From Candidatus Micrarchaeota archaeon (GTDB lineage Archaea; Micrarchaeota; Micrarchaeia; Anstonellales; Anstonellaceae): a stretch of 33,590 bases of DNA. The position numbers and the translations under genes were made by a program. The stretch lies in the NCBI GenBank assembly GCA_043810635.1, contig JBDRNY010000009.1, forward strand, positions 1 to 33,590, written 5' to 3'. How positions within the stretch are numbered: the first letter of the stretch is position 1; each line of letters opens with the position of its first letter. Under the pieces are notes generated by a model, which made no database searches, was not told where the DNA came from, and saw only the letters and a list, made by a program, of their open reading frames with translations. Shown one piece after another: positions 9,386 through 16,568 of the stretch.

Positions 9386-9455
9386 ATTAATTTTTAATCT
9401 TTTTTATTTTAGAGATTGAATTTAGATTCTTGTCAAATTTTTTTTATTTTTTTCA
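9382..9455 (+). terminator. hairpin plus oligo-T terminator candidate
   Basis: CTAAATT/AATTTAG and TTAATCTTT/AGAGATTGA arms followed by long T tracts. Confidence 0.45.
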
Positions 9456-9468
9456 TAAAAATTAGAAA

Positions 9469-9506
9469 ATGCCTGAAAAAGACAAAAAATTGAGAAATTT
9501 AGGCAT
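9469..9506 (+). repeat. intergenic boundary motif copy
   Basis: ATGCCTGAAAAAGACAAAAAATTGAGAAATTTAGGCAT; ends form an ATGCCT/AGGCAT inverted repeat. Confidence 0.7.
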
Positions 9507-9654
9507 GCTTGAAAATGCGAAATTGGCGGGAAATGGTTTGAAATCAAAAATTTGGCTAATTCTGGAAAATATGCGCCCAATAATCCCGTATTTTGGCTCT
9601 ATGCATCTTATAAGCATCAGATGGTATAGTATAGTGTAACAAAAAGATGGGCAA

Positions 9655-10182
9655 ATGGATATTCAATTCAATAAAAACTCTAAAGCCAGAAAGCCAGATA
9701 TGGCGCATATTCTGGTTTTTGCAAAAAATAGTATTGAAGCTTTGATAAAAAACTCAAAAAAGCTCGGGGTGCAGAATTTTTTCAAAGAGAATTCAAGCTA
9801 TAGCCTAGCCATGGCGCTTGTGACTGATTCGACATATAAGGAATATTCTTCCCCTGATACGCATTACAAAATGTTTATTCTGGTTGCAGAAGCACTGGAT
9901 AATGGGTGGGTTTCCCGGGAGTTTATATGTGATTTGAACGGAAAGAATATTTGCAAAATTTCAAAGCCCGGCAAAGAGCCGATGGAGCTGAAAGAGCTGG
10001 GGCTTTCATCCCAGGCGGAAATTATGTTTTATGAGCCTGGAAACGGGGTAAAGGTTTACAACAGGACGACGCAATTGGCAAGAATAACAAATGAAGCCAG
10101 AAGCAGCGATAGAAACTTTCTGAATATCACAAATTGGCTTACTAAAAAAACAAGCCACCACCATATTGCAGTAATACAATAA
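9655..10182 (+). CDS. hypothetical protein (175 aa)
   Basis: open ORF with host-like codon use; no family recognised. Confidence 0.7.
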   Translation: MDIQFNKNSKARKPDMAHILVFAKNSIEALIKNSKKLGVQNFFKENSSYSLAMALVTDSTYKEYSSPDTHYKMFILVAEALDNGWVSREFICDLNGKNICKISKPGKEPMELKELGLSSQAEIMFYEPGNGVKVYNRTTQLARITNEARSSDRNFLNITNWLTKKTSHHHIAVIQ

Positions 10183-10230
10183 TTTCGGATGCTTTTTTTT
10201 TATAAAGTTGGGAATTTGTAAACTGCCAGA

Positions 10231-10277
10231 ATGGCGAAAAAAGGGAAGAAAAATGGAAATTAGCAGGCTTTTCTAAA
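10231..10277 (+). repeat. intergenic boundary motif copy
   Basis: ATGGCGAAAAAAGGGAAGAAAAATGGAAATTAG followed by CAGGCTTTTCTAAA. Confidence 0.65.
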
Positions 10278-10308
10278 CATTATTAAACTTCCCCTGCCTG
10301 CTTAAATT

Positions 10309-10785
10309 ATGAAAATAGACTGGAAAAAGCTGGTTGCGGCAATTCTAATTTGCCAATTGGCGGGAATAATAGGCTCAATTTTCAGTGCAGCTGCAATTCC
10401 TGAATGGTATTTTTATCTGGTTAAGCCTGCTTTTACCCCTCCAAACTGGCTTTTTGCACCTGTTTGGATTGTTTTGTATACATTGATGGGTATTGCAACA
10501 TATTTGGTTTATGAAAAAGGGGTGAAAAAGAAGAAAGTGAAGCAGACGCTGAAAATTTTCGGGGGGCAGTTAGTATTGAATGCGTTGTGGAGTGTGCTGT
10601 TTTTTGGATTGAGAAATCCGTTTTATGCATTAATTTGCATACTTATATTATGGCTTGCAATTATGTGGACAATGTTTAGGTTTTATGAGGTGGACAGGAA
10701 GGCGGGCTATATGCTTATCCCTTATATTTGGTGGGTTAGTTTTGCAAGTTATTTGAATTTTGAAATTTGGATGTTAAATGGCTAA
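10309..10785 (+). CDS. tspO: TspO/MBR tryptophan-rich sensory protein
   Basis: WY-x-x-L-x-KP-x-FTPPNWLFAPVW, QL-x-LNALWS-x-LFFG, LIPYIWWVSFA-x-YLN. Confidence 0.95.
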   Translation: MKIDWKKLVAAILICQLAGIIGSIFSAAAIPEWYFYLVKPAFTPPNWLFAPVWIVLYTLMGIATYLVYEKGVKKKKVKQTLKIFGGQLVLNALWSVLFFGLRNPFYALICILILWLAIMWTMFRFYEVDRKAGYMLIPYIWWVSFASYLNFEIWMLNG

Positions 10786-10799
10786 GTTATTTTTTCTTT

Positions 10800-11111
10800 T
10801 CATCTGCCTTTGCAGCAGCATTTGAACATCTCGGGCATGTCATGAAATATTTTGCAAAATATTGCGCCCGCCTCATTTAATTCTTTTTTTCCTCTTTTAG
10901 TGAGGGAGTAATATTTTTTCTTGTCGCAGGATACCATGCCTTTTTCTTTCAGCTCTTTTAAGGCAGGATATAAAGTGCCGGGGCTGGGCTTGCTTCCCCT
11001 CCTGATTTGCAAATCTTTTGATATTTCGGCCCCATTTTTCTTTCCTTGGCTGAGGTTCCAGAGTATGAGGTAGGAAAGAAATCCTTTCATATCGCAGCAT
11101 TTCATATTCAT
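10800..11111 (-). CDS. PadR family transcriptional regulator with Cys clusters at both termini
   Basis: PSPGTLYPALKEL, KYYSLTKRGK; MKCC...FKCCCKGR; start may be the ATG at 11105. Confidence 0.9.
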   Translation of the reverse strand: MNMKCCDMKGFLSYLILWNLSQGKKNGAEISKDLQIRRGSKPSPGTLYPALKELKEKGMVSCDKKKYYSLTKRGKKELNEAGAIFCKIFHDMPEMFKCCCKGR

Positions 11112-11113
11112 TC

Positions 11114-11216
11114 TATCGGTTATCCTATATATAAATCTATGTTTAACGGGGAGGAGTATCGGTTAGCCGATAGCTTTATATATTAGTTAGCGGCATAGAA
11201 TATCGGATATCCAATA
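11114..11216. promoter_or_regulatory. divergent promoter region with three TATCGG-N4-CCGATA operator sites
   Basis: TATCGGTTATCCTATA (11114-11129), TATCGGTTAGCCGATA (11157-11172), TATCGGATATCCAATA (11201-11216); TTTATATA boxes at 11128-11135 (-) and 11175-11182 (+). Confidence 0.85.
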
Positions 11217-11243
11217 ATATAAAAAATTTAGGAGGTAGTGAAT

Positions 11244-11408
11244 ATGTTTTGTTGCGGAAAAGGAAAAGAATGCCAAATAGTGTGTGACGGCAAAGTGATG
11301 GCAAATATTAGTTGTTCTGAAGACGGGATGACTATAAAGCCAACAGAGGAAGCAAAGGCAATGCACAAGGAAATGTGCAAAGAAGGCAAATGCGAATGCG
11401 GCAAGTAA
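11244..11408 (+). CDS. small Cys-rich, metallothionein-like protein (54 aa; absent from the ORF track)
   Basis: AGGAGGT RBS; MFCCGKGKECQIVCDGKVMANISCSEDGMTIKPTEEAKAMHKEMCKEGKCECGK (8 Cys, 1 His); T-rich tract after the stop. Confidence 0.85.
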   Translation: MFCCGKGKECQIVCDGKVMANISCSEDGMTIKPTEEAKAMHKEMCKEGKCECGK

Positions 11409-11430
11409 GCCGCATTTTTTTATTTTCTTT

Positions 11431-11730
11431 TTATTTGCAGGGATTTTTCCCATGCGGGGCATACGAGGATTTGAAAAATCCCGCAATAAATCCAAGCATT
11501 GCGCCTATTGCAGTCAAATTTGCATTTTCAATTCCGAATGTTGCAAACCCTTCTTTTACAAGAGAGCCCAGCATCGGCACAATGCTTACAATCCATCCTG
11601 TAATCGCGCCCATTAATGCGCCCAATATTGCAAAAAAGAATATTGCAACTATTCCTAATATTGCGGCAACAATTCCGACAATTGCGGCAGCAATGCCGGC
11701 GCCTATTCCTTTTATTATTTTGTCAATCAT
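11431..11730 (-). CDS. small Gly/Ala/Ile-rich membrane protein
   Basis: GGGGTG RBS; hydrophobic helices with GxxxG patterns. Confidence 0.75.
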   Translation of the reverse strand: MIDKIIKGIGAGIAAAIVGIVAAILGIVAIFFFAILGALMGAITGWIVSIVPMLGSLVKEGFATFGIENANLTAIGAMLGFIAGFFKSSYAPHGKNPCK

Positions 11731-11809
11731 AAAAACACCCCATTATATGAGTATGGAAAAGAGATGGGAATAATGTTTTTAGAGGTTTGGGTTGGCTTTA
11801 GTCTTCTTT

Positions 11810-12574
11810 TTAGTTGTTTATTGATTCAACAAGCACGCCAGCAGATTTTTCTATTTCATTCTCCCAGTGCTTGAATTTAGAAAGATACAAGTTTTCTGGC
11901 CACCGACCATTTACCTCAGGGTAGTTATCATGTATTATAACTGCTGCACGCTTTTTTGCAAGCCTGATGGCATCAGCAACTGTAATTCCGTCTGCAGGAA
12001 CAATGGTTACAGCATTCTTTTCTTTTTTGATAGGGGGGGAAAGCACATCTGCGCAAACCCTAAGTTCCAAATTAATTCCGCTTGGAGTTGTGAGCATGGC
12101 GAAAGGCTTTCCTGAAATTTGCATAATCCTGCCGTCTTCATCCCATTGGTCAATAAATTCATTGCCCTTCTTTTCATAAATTTTTCGAAGAAGTTCCTTA
12201 TCGCCATAAGTGCAATATCTTTTTGGAGTGGGTTCAAGCTTATCAATAGTAAAAAGATAGCCCATACTTCTTGGCTGATAATCGTCTTTTTCATTTACAG
12301 AAAAACCTATTGCCACCCATCTGTCAGCAGGGAGATATTCCTGTATTTTATTAATATTGCTTTTTACGACGCAGGATTTTATCCTGAAATTATAGTTCAG
12401 CGAGTTTTCTGCAAATAATATTGCAAGAGGGAGGGCAGAGCCGTTTTTATCTGCCTGTTTTTTTTCTTTTTCAAGCAATGAAAATACTTGTAATTTCAAA
12501 TCTTCCAGATGGCCGTGCCTAAGAGGGGCAAGAATCACTTTTAGCCTGGGCTCGGGCGGGATATATTGTTTCAT
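11810..12574 (-). CDS. divergent carbon-nitrogen hydrolase (nitrilase superfamily)-like protein
   Basis: ILFAE, PK, LRVCAD in the order expected for the Glu-Lys-Cys triad; ATG at 12574. Confidence 0.55.
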   Translation of the reverse strand: MKQYIPPEPRLKVILAPLRHGHLEDLKLQVFSLLEKEKKQADKNGSALPLAILFAENSLNYNFRIKSCVVKSNINKIQEYLPADRWVAIGFSVNEKDDYQPRSMGYLFTIDKLEPTPKRYCTYGDKELLRKIYEKKGNEFIDQWDEDGRIMQISGKPFAMLTTPSGINLELRVCADVLSPPIKKEKNAVTIVPADGITVADAIRLAKKRAAVIIHDNYPEVNGRWPENLYLSKFKHWENEIEKSAGVLVESINN

Positions 12575-12658
12575 ATTATATGTTAGTGTGTGCAATGATT
12601 AAAAAAGATGGGGTTGGGAGATTTTAGTTGCTTTTATTGCAGCAAAGGCAAATTGCAA

Positions 12659-14284
12659 TTATTTCATCCTTCTCATTGCCTCATCTATAATTAATGTATT
12701 TCCCATTATTATCCGGCATAAAGCATCAACATCAGTTATTTTTATATCAAGAATTGAGTTGTTGTTTTTCTCAAAATTCCAACTTTTTCCTCCTGCCTGC
12801 TCAATAAGATAGGCCAGGGGGATGCCCTCATGAAGAAGCCGGATCTTTTCTAGGGGGTAGCAATAAACGCCATTATCATGTAAAATTAGTGAGGTATCAG
12901 CTACAGCAGCCCCAACCCACCTATGTGTCAAATCAAGTTTGCCAAGAAGGTAATCAAATTTGAATTCCTGAAGCTTTTTGTCCCATCTAAGCTCGTTTCC
13001 CCCAATTCCATACTTTGACAGTTTGGTGAGTTGCCCTGAAAGTGTCAGCTTGTCGGGGGATACGCCCAGCTTAATTAATCCGCCATTAGTATATTTTGCA
13101 GTAATTTCATAAACCCCATCTCCAGCACTATATATGATGACTACAGGACTGCTATAAAGCACAAATATAGATGCCTTAACATCGCGTCCTGTTTTGCCAA
13201 AAAGATTATCTTCATATATACTAAAAATAGAGCCAAAAGTGATGCTTGGCTCTATGTTTTTCGAGCCGTCAATCGGGTCCATTGTCATGGAATAGGGCGC
13301 ATGTGACGGTCCATATACTGGTTTTCCTCTTTCTCCTTCTTCAGAATATACTTGCCTTACAAGATTGGTTCTAAGCAGAATTTCGCAAAAAAGCTTGTTT
13401 GCAAATTCATCAAGCGCCTTGCGCTCATCGCCATGTATGTTTATGCCCCGAGTTCTTTTGTCAAAAACATAATCTTGGACTTTTGCGTCTACAACAAGCG
13501 AGGATACTACTATATTCAGCATTATTTTTGAAAGACCTGCAGGAAGATGGGTAAATGGATGATTCTTCTTAATTTCCAAAATTTTTGCTCCGGTCTGAAT
13601 TGACTGAGGCATGGCCCTCATCCAGGTGTGTTTATTTGCTTCCCGCAGCCACCAGCGAGCCGAGTCAATCTTTCCATGCCAAATCATTTTATCAATATAA
13701 CTAAAAAATATCCTCATTGATTCGTCATCTGGCTTGGTGACAAATGCTTTGAATGCATTCAAAAATTCAGTAGGCATTATTCTCCAGCCGCTTTTTTTCA
13801 GAATGCTTTGTATATCAAGGCCAAACCAAGCTCCTTTTTTAGTAGTTTCAAAAAGCTCTCGTGCATCATCAGAGCTTTCTTTATAAACATTAATGTCAGA
13901 CCGGTTAGGTGTTATCGCAGGTATTTGAAGGCCTCCAAGATACAAAGCAACATCTCCGCTTTCAGGGCATTGCTCTAATGCAACAGTGAAAAATGCGTTT
14001 ACAGCTTTTGGAAATCCTTTTTTTTCTTTGTATTTTGAGATTTCCCTTGAAAAAGAGCTAAGCTCGTAAAGAGAATATGAAAAATCCTTAAATTCAAGTT
14101 TTAGAGATTGTATGGCATTTGAGTCATCTTTTGATTTAAGCAGTTTTTTGAATATATTTGTGAATTTAGTTAAAACCTCAAAATTGTCAGTTATTGGAAT
14201 TTTGCTTGAGACAGCTTTTTTAGGAGAAACACGGGTATCATTATGAGGATGTAAACCATGCATGTTTTGTTCCATATGTTTCAT
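12659..14284 (-). CDS. fbp: class I fructose-1,6-bisphosphatase-like protein with an N-terminal extension of about 250 aa
   Basis: NIHGD...LD..AN, SEE, DPIDGSKN, GSIFSIY, RWVGAAVAD, KIRLLHE..PLAYLIEQAGG. Confidence 0.8.
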   Translation of the reverse strand: MKHMEQNMHGLHPHNDTRVSPKKAVSSKIPITDNFEVLTKFTNIFKKLLKSKDDSNAIQSLKLEFKDFSYSLYELSSFSREISKYKEKKGFPKAVNAFFTVALEQCPESGDVALYLGGLQIPAITPNRSDINVYKESSDDARELFETTKKGAWFGLDIQSILKKSGWRIMPTEFLNAFKAFVTKPDDESMRIFFSYIDKMIWHGKIDSARWWLREANKHTWMRAMPQSIQTGAKILEIKKNHPFTHLPAGLSKIMLNIVVSSLVVDAKVQDYVFDKRTRGINIHGDERKALDEFANKLFCEILLRTNLVRQVYSEEGERGKPVYGPSHAPYSMTMDPIDGSKNIEPSITFGSIFSIYEDNLFGKTGRDVKASIFVLYSSPVVIIYSAGDGVYEITAKYTNGGLIKLGVSPDKLTLSGQLTKLSKYGIGGNELRWDKKLQEFKFDYLLGKLDLTHRWVGAAVADTSLILHDNGVYCYPLEKIRLLHEGIPLAYLIEQAGGKSWNFEKNNNSILDIKITDVDALCRIIMGNTLIIDEAMRRMK

Positions 14285-14329
14285 CACACAATAAATGCAT
14301 TAATTCATCACACAATATGAGATTTTTGT

Positions 14330-14788
14330 TTAATAGGGAAGTTTGCCTTGACCCTCTTTTCCTGCATAGGGAGAGCGTTTAAGAGAAATATGTATATCAT
14401 CCCTGACAGAAATTGGCTCTGGGATAGAAAGTCCTAGGATGTATAAGCTAAAATCACCGTGTAGAGTGCGCCTGTCAAAGCATTCGCATATTGCAATTGA
14501 AAGAAAAGAGTTTGCGCAGTTTCCAAAATTTTCTTCATTTATATAATTATGTATTTCTTTTGAAAATTGTGTAATATCCTTTGCATCATAAAAAAAAGGA
14601 TGGACAAGATTTTTTGTCTTTTCTTTTAGTTTAAGGTAATCTGAACTTCTTAATTTAAGAAGCTCTTTGAATGCATTATGAAGGCCTTTTACGCCTATTT
14701 CTTGGATTAATTGCTCTCCTTTAAACGGGTTTTGGCTAGAGGAACCTCCTCCCCCATTATGATGAGAAAGCCGAACATTTTGCAGCAT
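14330..14788 (-). CDS. hypothetical protein paralogous to the N-terminal domain of the downstream FBPase-like protein
   Basis: GGAGGGG RBS before ATG 14788; FKELLK...FSKEI...NSFL...GD..LY..GL.IP....RDDI matches FKKLLK...FSREI...NAFF...GD..LY..GL.IP....RSDI. Confidence 0.75.
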   Translation of the reverse strand: MLQNVRLSHHNGGGGSSSQNPFKGEQLIQEIGVKGLHNAFKELLKLRSSDYLKLKEKTKNLVHPFFYDAKDITQFSKEIHNYINEENFGNCANSFLSIAICECFDRRTLHGDFSLYILGLSIPEPISVRDDIHISLKRSPYAGKEGQGKLPY

Positions 14789-14850
14789 AACTACCCCTCC
14801 ACACACATTATGCAATAATATGGCACTCTAAATTTAAATAGGGATGGGGG

Positions 14851-15726
14851 TTATTCTCGGTTTATTAAAATAACTGAAATTGCAAATCCTGCAAAAGAAA
14901 GCAAAAATATTCCAAGGCAGAGGGGAGGGGGCTCGCGATAAAAAGTGCATTGGTTGCTTATGCAAATATTATCAAACTCTTTGCAGTCGCTGTCATTCAA
15001 ACAATAAACTTCATTCAATATGCACTTTGTGTCAGCGCAAATAAAGCCGGGCGCGCATGGGGGGTGGCATCCTTCGGGCTCTGCAACATGGCCACAAATT
15101 CCGTTCATGCAAGCATTGCCCAAATTTCTTTGCTGGCATTCTTCGTCAGTGGTGCAAATTAATTCTTCTTCTGTGCAATTATGGCCAGCACAAACCATGC
15201 CTGAAGAGCAGTGGCTGTCATCCATGCAATAATCATTCAGTAAAAAGTAAGAGTCATGGAATGAGCAAACGCCCTGAATGCATGCCAGATTGTCAATACA
15301 TTCATCATCGCTGAGGCAGTGAACTTCTCTGCATTGCCCGCTTATGCAAGAATCCCCGGAATCATAATCAAGGCAGTCTATTGAACGGGTGCATTTTGCA
15401 AAAGGCGGGGCAACATTTTTCATATATTTTTCATAATCACCCGCATCAATGCAGAAATAATTTATGCAAATTTCATCATCAAAACAATCCCCGTCAATAT
15501 AGCACGCATAAACACAAATTCCGTCCAAACACTTGTTCCCTAAATTTGTGTCAAAACATTTCTGGTCTTTTGTGCAATAAACCGTGCAAATTCCTTTATT
15601 GCACAAATCCCCCATTGCATAAGTTGTGCAATCTTCATCTGTTGTGCAGGAAATGTCTGATAAAGCAAATAAGGGGGAAAAAAGGAAAATAAAAAGAAAA
15701 ATTGGGAGAAAATATATTTTATTCAT
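14851..15726 (-). CDS. secreted Cys-rich repeat protein with C-terminal membrane anchor
   Basis: signal peptide; about 9 four-Cys units C-x2-D-x2-C...C-x2-G-x-C; ends with PPPLCLGIFLLSFAGF... TM segment. Confidence 0.88.
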   Translation of the reverse strand: MNKIYFLPIFLFIFLFSPLFALSDISCTTDEDCTTYAMGDLCNKGICTVYCTKDQKCFDTNLGNKCLDGICVYACYIDGDCFDDEICINYFCIDAGDYEKYMKNVAPPFAKCTRSIDCLDYDSGDSCISGQCREVHCLSDDECIDNLACIQGVCSFHDSYFLLNDYCMDDSHCSSGMVCAGHNCTEEELICTTDEECQQRNLGNACMNGICGHVAEPEGCHPPCAPGFICADTKCILNEVYCLNDSDCKEFDNICISNQCTFYREPPPLCLGIFLLSFAGFAISVILINRE

Positions 15727-15748
15727 GGAAAAATGCTGGCGGGAAATG

Positions 15749-15764
15749 TTATAAAACTACTCTT
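15749..15764 (+). promoter_or_regulatory. TATA-containing promoter TTATAAAACTACTCTT (copy 1)
   Basis: identical 16-mer at 18904; both begin 28 nt before an ATG. Confidence 0.75.
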
Positions 15765-15776
15765 CAAGGGATTAGT

Positions 15777-16568
15777 ATGAAAAAGCTTTTTTTTGTCTTG
15801 GCAATCGGAATTTTTCTGTTTTTTTCAGGATGTATCCAGGAATGCAATGTAAACGAGGATTGTGCAACAGGGGAAGTGTGTGTTAATGGAATGTGTGAAG
15901 CTGCGCCAACTCCTCCGCCCCAGCCGCCTCCAACTCCGACTACACCAAATGCAACCGGTCCGGCTCCTCCATTGCCAGGGGATGTTGTGGTGGATACAAG
16001 CGGGTATGAGGAAAATACTGAAAATCAGAAATTGATAATTTCTGTTTTAGAATCTTATTCTTATGAGGATGACGCATCATTTGATAATGCAAATAAAATT
16101 CTTGCCCTTGGGCCTGATGCAACAGATGATATGATTGTATTGACAGAAAAGGAGAATAGGTATTCTAAATGGACCGGCTTGTATGCGCTTTTGGCAAATG
16201 CTAAAACCACTGAGGGAGATGCGAGGATAAATGCAATAAATGCGTTTGAGCAAATGCTTGATAGCGATGTGCCGAGCTTTAGGCTGATGGCAGGGGAAGG
16301 GCTTCTTTCAATGGGTGAAAAGAGAGGCTTTGAGGCAGTTATTGCGATGTTAGAAGACAGGCAAACGCATATGCTAAGCGAGCCTGCGACTCTAAAATGC
16401 ACCCATGCAAATGATGTGCTTGTTAGATATAGTGAAAAAGATTTTGGATTTACCTGCAATTTGGATGAAATTGACGAAGATGGCAAAGCAGAATGGAATG
16501 CATGGTGGCAGGCAAACAAGGATAGTTTAGTTTGGGATAATGGAAAAAAGAAATTTGTTGAGGGATAA
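15777..16568 (+). CDS. putative lipoprotein: one Cys repeat, Pro-rich linker, HEAT-like helical domain
   Basis: MKKLFFVLAIGIFLFFSGC lipobox; CNVNEDCATGEVCVNGMC; PTPPPQPPPTP; R-x-x-A-x-x-x-L and W-x-x-WW HEAT-type features. Confidence 0.85.
   Translation: MKKLFFVLAIGIFLFFSGCIQECNVNEDCATGEVCVNGMCEAAPTPPPQPPPTPTTPNATGPAPPLPGDVVVDTSGYEENTENQKLIISVLESYSYEDDASFDNANKILALGPDATDDMIVLTEKENRYSKWTGLYALLANAKTTEGDARINAINAFEQMLDSDVPSFRLMAGEGLLSMGEKRGFEAVIAMLEDRQTHMLSEPATLKCTHANDVLVRYSEKDFGFTCNLDEIDEDGKAEWNAWWQANKDSLVWDNGKKKFVEG

Noticed and set aside
9234..9419. 61-aa ORF in the track
   Set aside because: Wrong frame; the overlapping frame 9230-9385 encodes a recognisable CxxC-x17-CxxC protein.
1888..10277. 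CRISPR array or canonical integron
   Set aside because: The repeats are degenerate and separated by whole genes; no cas genes, integrase or attC consensus.
11187..11773. ORFs 11187-11495 (-) and 11375-11773 (+)
   Set aside because: Shadow frames of the 54-aa Cys-rich gene and the 99-aa membrane gene, both of which have good RBSs.
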